From Sphaerodactylus townsendi (Eukaryota), in assembly GCF_021028975.2 (NCBI RefSeq), contig NC_059426.1:54498001-54562000 (forward strand): a DNA stretch of 64,000 nt, given 5' to 3'. Both the position numbers and the translations under genes were made by a program. A model generated the notes under the pieces. It was not told the DNA's origin and searched no databases. It saw only the letters and a program-made list of their open reading frames with translations. This document shows, piece by piece, positions 25,783 to 39,852 of this stretch. Within the stretch, counting starts at the first letter, position 1; each line of letters starts with the position of its first letter.

Positions 25783-26626
25783 ATTTGGAGCACTACTAAC
25801 GAGGATTATTGAGGGATCTTCAGTTTATATGACGGACAGTGTGGGTTCAGATTTTTCTTGTGCCACATCATACACATCTTAATCCATATTATGATGTACA
25901 CGAGAAGCTTCTTGATGCATCTTTTGATGCATCTTTGGATATGAAGGAGACATTCATGTCAGCATCCAGAGCTTCCAGGTGTTACATGTGAAAAGCAGCC
26001 AGCACCATTTACAGTTTCGGTGTGTATATATCCAAAAGAGGATTTCAGTAACACGATAGCAATGGTTAGACAATAAACTAATTCCATGGAGACATAATTC
26101 CATTCATATTCAGCAGAGGTTACCTAGTACGGCACAAGCTGAACAACAATGCATAGGAAATGTAGCCAAACAATAGCTCTTTGAAGCTGGAACAAAACAA
26201 TGAAAAGGCTTCAGTTAAATGTGATTATATTTCCCAAGCAAATGTAATTCACAGAGCACTGTGCCCAGGATTTCTTATAAGCTTCTGTTAATAAGGAAGG
26301 ATAGAGGTTTTAACTGAAAACCAGTACCTTAATTATTTACACACCCATTCAACTTCCACCAAGCAGATATTCAATTAACCTCCCTTTGGGATCTTCAGAC
26401 ACATCAAATCAATGAAAAGACTTCCCCTGACCTTAATGGGCTATAGTAGGCTTCTGTTGTTAATTTGAATCAATGAGCATTTTGTCATTTTCTTTTTAAA
26501 TGGAAGCCATTACTGTAAATAGAAAATAACAGAAGGTCCTCATTTGGAGACATTGTCTTCTAGATAAGGCAGGTTCAATATGAAACACAGGGTGATTAGA
26601 TACAAAGGAAGCCACCAGGACCTCAC

Positions 26627-26670
26627 CTTTTTAAGCAGCTGTGCAACATGGGGAATTTTGATAGATGCTG
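26627..26670 (-). pseudogene. 44-nt candidate exon (ASIKIPHVAQLLKK or QHLSKFPMLHSCLK)
   Basis: ttgttctgtag acceptor and AAG|GTGAGG donor. Confidence 0.4.
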
Positions 26671-26940
26671 CTACAGAACAATTAAAGACACAGGAGCCTC
26701 ATTCTTTTTTCTTTCAGTCAGGTTACACAATCTTGAACAGCTTTGCAGGGAGTAAAATTGTGACTAGGGCAAATTCTTTAATGCTGTGGTTCTTGATTAC
26801 TAAAGATACAGAAGGGTTGTCTCATGTGGAATCCAACAGCCCTACCATTTCAATGTGCATTTATTTGTTCATTTGTTTAATTTATAATGACCACTTCCCT
26901 AAATGCATTGCATAAGGTGGGGAAATCTGAGCTAACACAT

Positions 26941-27200
26941 CAGAGGCATAGCTGGGCCAAACTGCGCCTGGTGCGGACTCTGCATTTTCCACCCACCCTC
27001 CCCCAATGGGCCCCGCTCCAGCCCCACCCACCCACTCGTGGGGCCCCCGTGACCCCCCTGCGACCCCCACTTACTTTAGTTCTTAGTTTCAGGCTTAGCT
27101 TCAGACTGAAAAGCAGCCTGTTCAGTTCAGGCTGAAAAAAGCCTGGGTGGGAACTACCCAGGAGCCCTTGCGAGGCACGCCCTCCCTGCCTATGTAACAC
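26941..27200. mobile_element. hAT-like MITE fragment
   Basis: cagaggcatagctggg terminus and GC-rich body; second TIR not found. Confidence 0.5.
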
Positions 27201-28144
27201 ATGACCTAATCCCTTCCCCTTCCCTGCAGAATCTGCACTGCTCAGTCTTTAAAATGTGTTTCTTGTACAATTGCATAGATGCATAAATGTTCAGAATGAC
27301 TATGGAGAAGGGGGATTTTTGGATCAGTTTCTTCTTACTCAAGTGACAAGCCCTGTCAAAAGCGCATTTCTATAGTTCTTCTTCTAAGGCCTTCTTGAGC
27401 ATACAAGATCCTGTTCTTGTTTAACAGTCCCCTGATGGCATTAAAACATATGCCGAGACTGGAGCAATCAGCCTTCAAACCCTTGCTCAACCATAAAGCT
27501 CATCTGGTGACCTTGAATTAGGCACTAATTCTTAGCCTTAGGGACACTGTAAAGACAAAAGGGGACAGTCCCATATAAATGTGCAACAAAACAGGACACA
27601 TATTATTTTTTCCAAATAGATTTTTCCAAATCAGTCATTTCCCCTCTCTTTCTTTCTCACATACATTCACGAGCTCTGCAACATAAAAGATGCATTTGTG
27701 CTTTGGAGTTTAAAGCAAGGAGAGAGAGGTGCAGAAACCTCATGCTCTTTTCAAAAAGAGCCACTGTGGCATCTTGTAATCCCTCTGTCTCCAAGAAGAG
27801 AAGGAGCAATGCTTGAAACTGAGAAATAAGAACCGGAATCTTATCTTAGTCTCTTGGTATCACAAAAAACCAAAATTTCCAACTCAGATCTCTCAGGTAA
27901 CTAGTAAAGAGGATACAAGTTTCTTTGCCTATCAAAAAGGATACAAGTTTTACCTCCACAAAGTGCAAAGGCAAAGAATCTAGAACATTTTAGGAGTCAG
28001 AGGCCATTTTCAACATCAAAGGGCTGATGAGAAAAGTTTGAGGAAGGGATGATCACAGCAGCAAGCTCTGCCCCAAGTTACATCCTTCACTGAATGCATG
28101 TACAGAGCTTCTATCTATACAAATACTCATGAAGGGATGTGGTA

Positions 28145-28310
28145 TGGTATAGCCTGATCTCATAAAATCTCAGAAGCTGAGCAATGTCAGTACTTAGAAA
28201 GGAGACATCTGAGGAAGTCTCCACAGAGGAAAAATCAGGTAAACCAACTCTTCTTCTCACTTGCCTTGAAAGTCCCTTGCTGGAGTAGTCATCAACCAGT
28301 GGCAAATTCA
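28145..28310 (+). mobile_element. 5S-head SINE, degraded
   Basis: cctgatctcataaaatctcagaagctgagc..gtacttag..ggagac plus cttgccttgaaa tail. Confidence 0.6.
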
Positions 28311-28633
28311 TAGCATTTCTGTAGGTATGTAGGCCACTCATGATTGGCAGTCCTGAAAATATAAGTTCTGTTTGCATGTTCCAGTGAACTGCTAAGTCAA
28401 GGGTACAGCTTCCATCCAACAGCCACCACCCCCCTTCAGAACTTCATTAGCCTTCCTTAGAATGTTGAAAGGAGGTAGTCAAATGAAATACTGTCATGCT
28501 ACTCCAACTTGTTAAGACATCAGAGCTGTCTCGAGGAATAGACTCTTGTTCAGCAGAAGAATCCTTTAGCTAAGCAGTTCGTCCTAGCTGTGCAGCTCAG
28601 AAAGGCAGTGGAATGGGAAGGGAATTTTGTTCT

Positions 28634-28730
28634 GTAGTAGTCGTCGCCGCTGCTGTCGTCACGTCACTGCCGCCGCCGCCGTCACTGCCGTCGTCGCTGC
28701 CGCCGCCGCCGCCGCCGTCAGCCGTCGTCA
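28634..28730. repeat. CpG-rich (GCC/GTC)n triplet tract
   Basis: Directly visible. Confidence 0.85.
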
Positions 28731-29365
28731 CAGAAGCCAGATCTTCAGATGGTATTGGCCTTCATAAAGTTGTAATGCATTGGCATAGAACATGTGCGGA
28801 TCCAAGCAACATGGCCTTTTGTATGGAGATGTTATCAATATGTAGATAGTTATCAACGTGGAGATGTTATCAATATGTAGATAGTTCAAGTGCCTGTAGC
28901 CAAAGCTCTGGGTGGTTTACAAATATTAAACAATCAAAATACAATAAATAAGAGTTTAAAAAATTCAAAAAGTAAAGACACATTGCCTTTTCATACTGAA
29001 CCCATGCCAGAAAGCACTCTATATTGCAAATGTATAATTATTATTCTAAGGGAATTAAGTCAAAACAATTGGCAACAGAGATGGAAGAAAACATGATATA
29101 ATATTGTCTGCATTTCAAATCTAAGCCAGAAGCAAAAAAAAAAGGTGTTGTGTTCCAGTTATTTAACACCCATCCATGCTCAGAGATGGCTTATTTTAAT
29201 TAGGTACTTATGCCAGAGATTTGGAAACAATATAAAAACACAGAGGAAAGTATATTCTCTTCAAATGAAAAGAATTATAAGCAGATTTTTTTTGAAGAAT
29301 AGTTAAAAATTCCACAAGCTAGCACGCAGCCTAGTGCAGTGTCAGGGTTGGATTAGAAGATGTAC

Positions 29366-29540
29366 TTGGTAATAAGGCTGTGCGCCCTTAACTCATTTGC
29401 TTTCCAGAGTGCCAACATCAGCATCCATTTTATTAGTCTAGCTGTGCATTCTTCATTGGCTTTCATTTGCCTGGGTTTGACCCTGACTATTGGGAATTCA
29501 ATCATCCATTTTCTCAATCAAATATACGTGCAAGAAAATC
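29366..29540 (-). pseudogene. Degraded exon (DFLARIFD* / LRKWMIEF...KANELRAHSLITK)
   Basis: AG and GT boundaries; every frame from the acceptor hits a stop; A..I.kY-like motif at the end. Confidence 0.4.
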
Positions 29541-30189
29541 CTGTCAGCAAATGAGTTCTTACAGGTATCTGCTAAAGTTAGATTTGGCCAACAAGAGCAG
29601 TTGAAGGTTATAAAAAGGGTTATAATTTGGCCAACAAGAGCAGTTGAGGGTTATATGAGTGCCAGGTCATGATGACAACCCATTCCACTGCAATGCCTAT
29701 TGAGTGTAGATTATTATCCTGACTTTGAACAATCTGTTTGGAAGTAGGTGTATTTTATTGTTAAAATGTCTACTGGCTTTATTCCCTTTGCTTTAATATA
29801 GAGATGGTCCATATTTCTGATTCTTGGATATTTAATCTCACTTTGTTCTGTTTGTATTACGAGGCCCAAAGTATGACCAAATCTTCAAGACTTTCATGCT
29901 GAGATATATTTTCAATATTTAAGCACAAATGTTAGCTTCTTGAATGTCTATCTTGCCTGCTTGCAGATTCACATTACAGACCTGGATCCTGCATTCAGGC
30001 AACTATTCAATCCCCTTTTGTGCAGTGGAGCATAATCATTCTGTCCAGACTGTTGTAGGCATGTGCTCAGGCATTCTTCATTACAACACAGTTCAGTCAA
30101 ATTCTAAGGAAAAATTATACTGCCACCTAGTGTTTTCCCTATGTATTATATAAGAATTTTACAGATCTGTACAATAAATTCATGCCCTA

Positions 30190-30905
30190 ACCTGGATGGA
30201 CAAGTCTCCAAAGGTAAGCCAGGTCAGCCCTGGTTAGTATTTGGCCCTTTACACACAACCAAATTGAAACATTTTGAGGTAGGAAGTAAAACGTTTCCAC
30301 TGGGGAGTTTTGCATGTTTCTCCCAAAAATGTTTTATTTTCAGCCTAAAAATGTTTTAAATGAATCCTCTTCTTTAGTGATTCTTATCTGGAAACTGTTT
30401 CACTTTAGCGATTCTTTTGTAGGAGCATTTTGACTTGCTGTGTTGATCTCTTTAAAATGTTTCCCATGCCACTGTGCAGTCCCCATACTTCCTCATAAGC
30501 GCCATTTTCTCAGTTCACGCTAGCTGTCTCGCACTGTCTTTATGTCACTTTTTTAAAAAACAAAACTTGGAGGGTCATGTCTTTGTAGCTTCAAATACAT
30601 GACCCCTAGAGAATTGCTACATGAGGCTTTGACGCTTTATAGCATCTGATCTACAGATGTGTAAAAATCATCCAGAACGGACACAAAATGGTGACCAGGA
30701 ATTGTTTTGAGGGTGTGAGTGCAGACAAACGAGGATAGAAAACATTTTGCAAATGTTTTCAGAGATCTGTGCGGAAATGGTCTTTGGATGGGAGGCAACT
30801 AAGGAATGCCAGGGTCGCTATGTGGAGCTAATGGCAAACTGCCTCTGTCTCTTGCCTTGAAAACTCTACAAGGTTGCCATAAATCAGCTTCAACTTCATA
30901 GCACT
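30190..30905 (+). mobile_element. 5S-head SINE split by a MITE
   Basis: ggtcagccctggttagtattt | tttggatgggagg rejoin to form the 5S internal-promoter segment. Confidence 0.75.
30243..30782. mobile_element. Harbinger-like MITE inserted in the 5S SINE
   Basis: Degenerate TIR ggccctttacacaca/tgtgcggaaatggtc; 3-bp TSD TTT. Confidence 0.7.
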
Positions 30906-31269
30906 TGACACACATAATAATTTTATGTCAGTTTTAGGGATAAGCTAAATGTGATGGTGAACTCATGGCAGCCGTGAGCCATTTATGGTAATCCAGGCAT
31001 GGTCTCTGCTGTTCCTCTTAGCAATGGCTGCCAAGTCCCAATGGACCACCAAGATCTAAGTGACAGCAAATCTGTTGTTTAGCTAAACCAGGAAAGGGAA
31101 GACTTTAGAAACTGTCAGTTGCTCAGTAAGTCACATGGTATGGACTTGTACAGCAAAATTATAGATCAGAGCAGGTCTAAAGCATTCACTTGAGGAAAGC
31201 TTTCCTGTGCTGTTTTCCCAAAGCAAGCCACCATCATTAGCTCAAATTGTAGTTTGCCCTGCAAGGGGG

Positions 31270-32242
31270 AACATAAGAACATAAGAACAAGCCAGCTGGA
31301 TCAGACCAGAGTCCATCTAGTCCAGCTCTCTGCTACTCGCAGTGGCCCACCAGGTGCCTTTGGGAGCTCACGTGTAGGATGTGAACGCAATGGCCTTCTG
31401 CGGCTGTTGCTCCCGATCACCTGGTCTGTTAAGGCATTTGCAATCTCAGATCAAAGAGGATCAAGATTGGTAGCCATAAATCGACTTCTCCTCCATAAAT
31501 CTGTCCAAGCCCCTTTTAAAGCTATCCAGGTGAGTGGCCATCACCACCTCCTGTGGCAGCATATTCCAAACACCAATCACACGTTGCGTGAAGAAGTGTT
31601 TCCTTTTATTAGTCCTAATTCTTCCCCCCAGCATTTTCAATGAATGCCCCCCTCGGTTCTAGTATTGTGAGAAAGAGAGAAAAATTTCTCTCTGTCAACA
31701 TTTTCTACACCATGCATAATTTTGTACACTTCAATCCATGAGTCCCACCTCTGTAGCAATGCCTCAACCTCACCCACTGGTTCCAAACATAAAGAGTCCC
31801 AAACCATGCCCACTGCAGCCTCTGCCTGTCATAGGGAAGGTGCTCCAGTCAGTCCTCAATCAGTCCTTGTTGCCCTTCAGTCTGCCACACTTTTTTCTAT
31901 CTCCTCAATATCCTTTTTGAGATGCGGCGACCAGAACTGGACACAGTACTCCAAGTGCGGTCGCACCACTGCTTTATATAAAGGCATGACAATCTTTGCA
32001 GTTTTATTATCAATTCCTTTTCTAATGATCCCCAGCATAGAGTTTGCCTTTTTCACAGCTGCCATGCATTGAGTTGACATTCCCATGGAACTATCAACTA
32101 AGACGCCCAAATCCCTTTCCTGGTCTGTGACTGTTAGCACTGACCCCTGTAGCGTGTATGTGAAGTTTGGATTTTTTGCCCCTATGTGCATCACTTTACA
32201 TTTTGCTACATTGAACTGCATTTGCCATTTCTGAGCCCACTC
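31270..32242 (-). mobile_element. CR1 LINE 3' fragment
   Basis: MQFNVAKCKVMHIG..RPHLEYCVQFWSPHLKKDI; (ttcttatg)n tail at about 31270-31290. Confidence 0.95.
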
Positions 32243-34909
32243 AGAAATGCAAGCAAGGCTATGGACTGACTTGTTTTTTTCCTTACTGCACAGAAAGACT
32301 GTTGGTCATCAGAGGGCAGGTCAACCCAATGCTTTTTAATGGGCGGCAGACTCATCTTCCAAGTAGCTAAGATTCTCTTCTGTGTATCTATGGAGCTATG
32401 AAGATAGCTCCTTGAAAATAAACAAAAAAATTAAAGAAATTATATATTGCCAAAATCTGCAGGACCAGCTGAGTACAACTATGTACTTTTGGGGCTGAAA
32501 AAGCACACAAGAGCCTGCACAGCAAACGTCCTGGGGCAACCTTCAACAAATGGAAGCAGAGAGAATCCCTTTAGCAGCACACAAGAGGGTGAAACTGACC
32601 AGAGAGCAAAATGGTTGGGCAGAAAACAGACTATTTTCCCATCTGACACCATTGCTGTCTGGAAAGCATCCAGAAGTCCCCTCTTTTTAACACATCCCAC
32701 AGACGTCTTTTTGGTGTTGTGTGGAATTGACCCTTGTTCTTCCTTTTTAATGTTAAATTTGCGGGGCCCGGCCACACGTTGCTGTGGCAATTGTCCTTCT
32801 CATCACAGTCCGCAATCCACACAGATGTCCATGTAGGTCCAATGATCTGCAGGTCCAATGATCCGCAGCATAGCCTTTTGGGATGGTCAAATGGAATCCC
32901 TCTTTCCCTTTTCAATTCACATTGTTATATGGTGGTGTCTTGTTTTTTTAGTATAAGGTAAAACTTTCCATTCCACAACGGAACTGTCCAGAGTGCGAAT
33001 CCCGCTGTCCTTGAGGCTGGTTGACACACACAGTCCTGGCTTGGGTAAGGCAGAACTGGGGCAAGGAGGCTATCCCAGTCAGGCAGCAGAGGCAGGGTGG
33101 TGAGGCATTCAAATCGAGGCCAGCTCCCTGGGTTCTGAAAGAGCCATGTGCAAAAGAAGCAGAGCCAGTAGTGTTGGTTCGCCCCCACCCCGCGATTTTC
33201 TTAGAAGAAAAAGGCAAACTCCAGCTCACTTTTATTAAAAGAGAGCTGTGGCGAATATGGTTAAGGAAGTGGGTAAGTGGTGGTTGGATGTGAGGGAGGG
33301 CAAAGTGAGGTGTGTGAGGATGAGCTGGATGTGGATGAGAGTATGTGTGTTGTATGGTAGCAGTGGGTGAGGAAAAGAGAGTGAAAGTTACCTGCATGTG
33401 AGGGGGGGACCCCACCTGACGTCTCACACGGCAAAGTGTGTATGTGTTTCACTTCCACACGTATTACCTACCAGTATTACCGATTTACTGTTTTCACTGC
33501 TCATCTCTGCCCATCTGCACGAACATTCTAAGGGCATACCAAGCCCTCAGGCCACAGACATGCTGCACGAACATTCTAAAGGTGACAATTAAACACAGCC
33601 AGCTTCATGGTCTGGTGTGCCAGGAAAAAGACGTTTTACCTGGCTCAGGTATGGGCTTTCGACGATTTGAAGGTCCGATTACCTGCCCACAACAGGGAGG
33701 GATGTCATGTGAAAATTTGGGGGTGATCCATCCAGCCTTTTCGGCATTAGGGTATGACTAACAAAGTCACTGTTAGCTTTTTATATATATAGATTGGAAG
33801 TATCCCAGTTTACACAATGTATCATCACATAATTACATTTCACTGTATGCTTCCTGTAGTTTATGGTCTGTGATCAAGAAAAATGCAGTATGTTGGATGT
33901 AGCAGAAATTTCCATGGACCAAAGCAGGTTATTTTTGCTGATTCTTCCTTCTCAGTCCAGACCTCCCCAATTGCTTTCTCATGCTGTTCTTGGGGTTTCT
34001 GTCTCCCAGGAGAAGCATTTCAGTTTTCCCAAGTTGGCAGAAGTCCCTCCCATCAACAGAGATTATGCTCACGATCCAACCCAGAGACAGTTTAGAAGCT
34101 AACACCTGTAATAGGTGTGGAGTCCCAAATGTTGCTAAGTTAGTTAACAGCTATAGTGAGAGAAAACTCAAGTCCCTGTTCATCCCAGCAAGAAAGATAT
34201 ATCTTCATCAAGTGGAAGATTCCCTTTGAAGTTCTTTTCTTGAATTGGGAACAACTGAATACTGACTTTCAGGTCAGTATCACAGGGCCTGTTAGATTTA
34301 AATGCTTTCCTACTAGTTTCTGAATAGTGTGATTTTTAATGTCAGATCTGAGTCTATTTAGGGACTGCCCTAGTTTGTTTTTTTCCTTGAAGGAGAAGCA
34401 AATGGATGAGCCCAAGATGGTATACCATCTGATGCTTTTGGGACCTATTATAGTGTAGCCTGAGTGTACTTGGAGACCAAGTAGGCATTTTAGTTTGTTC
34501 CACAGTCTTTATGTTTATGTCTCTATTGTATGCTTTATTCTTGTTATTAAGAAGCTGCGGAGGAAAGGCCGCCCACCCAAGGTCTGAGAAAGAGAAATAT
34601 GTTTGTGTGTTTATGCAGAATTGGGTTGTGACATATTGACTGGTTTCAGTTGGCAGCTGTAGTGGACAATCATTGGTCTTCTGTTTGTTTGCTTGTTTGT
34701 CTGATTTGCAGTGTGCTATCTGAAGAGCAGTCTAGATTTGTTGAGTTGTAAATACATTTAATTTGGTGGATGCTGTAGCATCTCCTAACTTTGTGATTAC
34801 TGAGACTTCAGTTAGTAACCAATTCACAGCATCAGAAGACTTATTTAATTGCCTCTTGCTAGTTTTCCAAATGTTTGTGAATTGCCTTTGAGAGGTGAGA
34901 TAAACCTAC

Positions 34910-35262
34910 CTATCATCAATCTTGAACCACATTGTTATGAATCTAATCACTGTATCACTTGTGATTTATCTTAGAAAAACTCCCACTTTCAACTGCAAAA
35001 TGAATGGCCGAACCTATTACACTAAACAGAACATCACTTTCAAGTCCAGCAATCTAATATATTGCTGTGAGTTCATTACTGTGAATGAGTCTATCACTAG
35101 TAGTTTGCCTAAGGAGATGTTCAATGGGAGTCAGAACCTTTGACAAAAGATGTTAATATTTTTTAATGTCTGTGGGTGTTTCCTCAATGGGAGCTAATTG
35201 TTAACAGATGGTCTCCTGATAACACCAGTCTTGAAGACCTTGAAGAAGGTGACTCTTCCCAG
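34910..35262 (-). pseudogene. Degraded exon (GKSHLLQGLQDWCYQETIC*QLAPIEE...)
   Basis: tttgcttttcttctcatcag acceptor, GTAGGT donor, protein-like frame interrupted by several stops. Confidence 0.4.
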
Positions 35263-35828
35263 CTGATGAGAAGAAAAGCAAATATATGTGTGGTTTGGAA
35301 GGTATGAAAGGCAAAGACAAACACCTATGAAAAGCATCTGGAGTACATGTAGGAATTTCAGGCTGGAACACCTGAGAGATATACAAGCACAGCGGAATTG
35401 AGGTTGAACAATATGCAGTATTTTGTCTGCCTAAAACCTTGGATGTGACATGCCCTTTGGCTGTCCCCAAAAACTTACCATGAGCAGAGCATCCCTGATA
35501 TATTTATGTCATATCCAGAGTTTTGGGTGGATATAATATCATGTGATACAAAGCAACATTTCCTCCTTTGGACCATTCTCCTGCTGGTCTAGGGAGTAGG
35601 TTTAGGAGGTCTGGTCTATTAGCACAAGCTGTCCCATCTGAAGTAGACAACTGGTAAGCCTAGGTACATGACTGCCCCCCACCCCTCTGATGTAGTGTAG
35701 CAGATCTACTGCTTTGTATTTCTTGGAGTATTTCTTGACCATCATCTATTAAAGAGACAGGGCATTTTTTTTCAGACAATTGGTCACCCTAACTAAGATG
35801 ATGCCCATTAGCAGTATATAGTCACTCA

Positions 35829-37264
35829 CAAGGACATAGGTAAGGGGGGGTGTCTCGGGTTCAAACCCCCCCATTTATATCCGAAGCTCCACCCCCCCAT
35901 TTGTGGGTTTTAAAAACATTTTAGTTTTGTTTTGTTTTTTGCCTGCAGGGGGTGCATTGTTTAGGCTAGCAGCACCACACTTTCAGGAATTGTTTGGAGG
36001 ACTCTCCTGATGATACTACCCGGGTTTGGTGAGGTTTGGTTCAGAGGGTGCAAATTTATGGACTCCCAAAGGGGGTGCCCCCATCGTCCATTGTTTCCAA
36101 TAGGAGCTAATAGTAGATGGGGGCTCCACCTTTGAGGGTCCATAACTTTGGACACCCTGAACCAAACTTCACCAAACCTTGGAGGTATATTAGGAGAGTC
36201 TCTTACTGATACCACCCAGGTTTTGTGAAGTTTGGTCCAGGGGGTCGAAAGCTATGGACTCCCAAAGGGAATGCCTCCATCCCCATAGTTTCCAATGGGA
36301 GCTAATAGGAGATGGGGGCTATTCCCTGAACCAAACTTCACCAAACCTGGGTGGTATCATTAGAAGAGTCTCCTAAAGATACCCTGAAAGTTTGTGCTTC
36401 TAGCTTAACAATTGCACCCCTGACAGCAGGCACCCCCCAAATTTCCCCAGATTCTCCTTTTAAATCCACCCCATTCGGCATGGATTTAAAGGGAGAATCT
36501 GCGGTCCACAGTTTAGTAGAAGAAGAAGAGTTTGGATTTATATCCTCCTTTCTCTCCAGTAGGAGACTCAAAGGATCTTACAATCTCCTTGCCCTTCCCC
36601 CCTCACAACAAACACCCTGTGAGGTGGGTGGGGCTGAGAGTGCTCCGAAAAGCTGTGACTAGCTCAAGGTCACCCAGCTGGCGTGTGTGGGAGTGCACAG
36701 GCTAATCTGAATTCCCCAGATAAACCTCCACAGCTCAAGCGGCAGAGCAGGGAATCAAACCCAGTTCCTCCAGATTAGAATGCACCTGCTCTTAACCACT
36801 ACACCACATTGAAAGTGATGTTGTTTCACGGTGGGGGATAATCCACCCCAAAACAGCATCACTTTCACTGTTGTTTAACCAGATTCTCCCTTTATGGTGG
36901 ATTTAAAAGGAGAATTTGGGCTCTCTAGTTTAAACACCATTGAAAGTGATGCTGTTTGGGGATGGATTCCAGCTTCGCAGTGGCTGCATGTGGGGGGGGG
37001 CGCGCAAAACTCCGATTTTGCACCAGGCTCCATTTTCCCTCTATGCCTCTGCCCGGAGGGGAGGGCAGAAGGAACTGCCGGCTGCTGGCTGGGAGCCCAG
37101 CTGGTGGGGGGCAGGGGAGTCTGCCGTCCCCGGCCTCAGAGAGCTCCTTTTATAAGTGCTAGGCCGGGGGCAGGGCTTGGGGAGGCATGGCCATGCCCTA
37201 GGGGAGGGTGGGGTGTGTCCCCACCCCCAACCCCCCCTAAAAAAAATCTATACCTACGTCCCTG
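35829..37264. mobile_element. Non-autonomous hAT-like element sharing internal modules with 2544-3928
   Basis: TIR caaggacataggta/tacctacgtccctg; perfect 8-bp TSD gtcactca. Confidence 0.85.
36518..36807 (-). mobile_element. tRNA-head squamate SINE nested in the hAT element
   Basis: gtggtgtagtggttaagagcagg A-box and ctgggtttgattccc B-box on the minus strand; (TTC)n tail. Confidence 0.85.
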
Positions 37265-39647
37265 GTCACTCAGAAAAGTTCTTTGATACAATTAAATGAC
37301 TGGCTGAACATCTGGCATTAATACTGTAAATGTTCCTTATGGACTCAGCTTGGAAGAGAATGCTTTTATGCTATATACTTGCTTATGAGATTACTGTTAC
37401 GATTTTCCCTCTTTCAAGAACAATTAAAACTGTGGTTTTTTTTCTAAATATAATGCTTTTCATCCTGGCCTTACTTCCATTCTCATCCTATATTGGCTAA
37501 AATAGGATAGTAACTACCATGATTTTGTGAACTGAGATAGGAAAAAGCCACCCAATTGTGCGGTGTCTTTTCATCCTAGCAAGTAATTTGCCTTCCTGTT
37601 GCCAAGGGACACCCCAGCTGTCCTGTCAATAACTCCAAACAGAAGACAGCAGGGTGGGGGACTCCTTCCTGTAATTGGAGGGATATTTATATTATTCACA
37701 TTTTAACTATCTTTTCAGCTGCTTTGTAACTATCCCTCCAGCTCTCAGGTCATATGAAGGGTCATATGCAAGGGAAGCACAAAGCTGGAAAGAGCTTCAA
37801 ATAACATTCATACCAATGTTAAGATCAATGAGTACAACATTTAACCAAGATGAGATGTGCACATTTTCATTCCTGGACCTCTTTATTTTGCTCCAAGCTT
37901 TTATTTCTATAACAGGAAGTTTTCAAAGAGACAAAACTGACCAATCCACCTTCTCACTTAAATGCATACCTCAGTTTAACTTTGTTATGACTTCTGCAAC
38001 AGACCTCCTCTAACCTTCTTAATTTCTTCAGACAGAGAAACTACTCACTGACCTGTTTTGTCAGATTTTTCCCACCTTTTTTTCCCTTCAGGGACTGAGG
38101 AGCTTAAGAAATGGTAGCATAAGGTGCAATAAAAGCCCTTTCCACATCCCTGTAATTGACCCAGAATGTAAAGGATACCCATTATTCTAAATTCCTGTCA
38201 AATGCTGTAATAAGGCACACAAAATAAAACTGAGGCAGATTTAAAACTTAAACAGAATCAGAGATTTGTTTAACACAAAAAAGATGGGAAAAGGAAATAA
38301 CTTGGAGGAAGGAATTGATAAGGCAGAAGCAATATGCGGTACCCTGACAGAGGTAGAAATGCAACACTTTAATTAGAAGGCCCAGATCTTCAGCAGTAAA
38401 TTAAGATGTGCAAGGAGCTAAACAGTGGCTACAATCCTAAAGACACTTTCCTGGGAGTAAGCCTCACTGAACAACATTGAACTTGCTTCTGAGAAAACTG
38501 CCTTTCATTATTCCCATTGTTGCTTATAAAAATAATCAGGTCTTTCTGGGGTTCTGATCTTTGGACTAGGGAGATTCTGATTATAGGCAGAATCTGGTTA
38601 CTTACTGAAAACCTGTATCATCAGGAGAAAACATGAGTGAATCATCAGGAGTGAATCATCAGGGAAACAGTGGCTGGAAATAACTGCAAATAATCACAGT
38701 GGCTGGAAACAACTGCAAATAATCACAGAAAGGTAGAATTAAGGACTTATTCAAAAGGGTGTCAGCTCTCCTGAAATCATTAATTTCAAGGCAAAACTCA
38801 ATCCTGAAGATCATTTGACTCAGCAGCAATTTAGACACATACTTTTATGGAAGAAGGATGTAGAAAGGCATTTGGCTTGGCCAGTTTTCCACACAGGGGT
38901 GGAAGGTCTCAATCACTTTGAGCATTTGTGTTCCCACTCCTAGCTTGCTGCTCTCCTCTTCCCTTTGGCCTCCCAATAAACAGTTTAGTAAAGATGGAGC
39001 AATTATTTCATGAGGTACTTACATTAGTCCAGCATAACATAGGAACACCACAGTTAAAATCCACAGCTTACAAATAAATTTGTTTCAATCATTCATTTTT
39101 TCCCCAAAATCATGATCATCAATAAAACAATTCCTTAATTGAGTGGTAGTGATACTTCTTTAATTGACATGGCTCTTGGACTTATTACGCCATCAATCAT
39201 TTCACTTACTTTTGCTATTTAATATTCTATAAATGCTTTTTCTATACAAGTTATTTTATATTGCAAATTACTATTCCATGTTTCAATAACAATTAAAAGT
39301 TTCTGTGCCTCTAATAAACCTCAACTGCCAATGTTTTCTCTGCTCGTTTCAGATTTCCTACATTATACTCTTAAGGAACTTATCCTTTACAATGTGTTTA
39401 CATTTGTTTAAAAAAACACTTTCCAGGTCCCATTTCAGTTATTATTCATCAGGTGATATCTTTGTTGTCTATCAATCATTTTGTCCTAGTTCCAAACCAG
39501 AGTATTACACATCCTCATGTGATGATTATCATTTTGACTGACAGCACCTAAGATTATAAGAGCTCTATAATCAAATGAATGTATAAATAGATCCTTGCAA
39601 ACTAAAGGTGCAGCTGTAAGACCAGATACAGAGACAAGAGATCTTGC

Positions 39648-39749
39648 CTTCATTGTAGTCTCATCAGGACACAACAGGGATGTGGATAGCAGTGCCTGAA
39701 TTCCGATTAGGATGATACCTTCTCCAGACAGAGTTCCTGGACTTGGTGG
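39648..39749 (-). pseudogene. Candidate exon (102 nt)
   Basis: cttctctttgtag acceptor, AAG|GCAAGA (GC-type or mutated) donor; one frame gives HQVQELCLEKVSS*. Confidence 0.35.
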
Positions 39750-39852
39750 CTACAAAGAGAAGCAATAGTCAGTTCTCTCGGTTTCTTGGACAAAGTGTGA
39801 AATAAAAACAAAGAGCTGGAGCTTGATCAGCATTGTAGAACAGTGTTTCCCA

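Noticed and set aside
39655-39670. CTGATGA on the minus strand as a hammerhead core
   Set aside because: No stem II/GAAA/cleavage triplet arrangement follows
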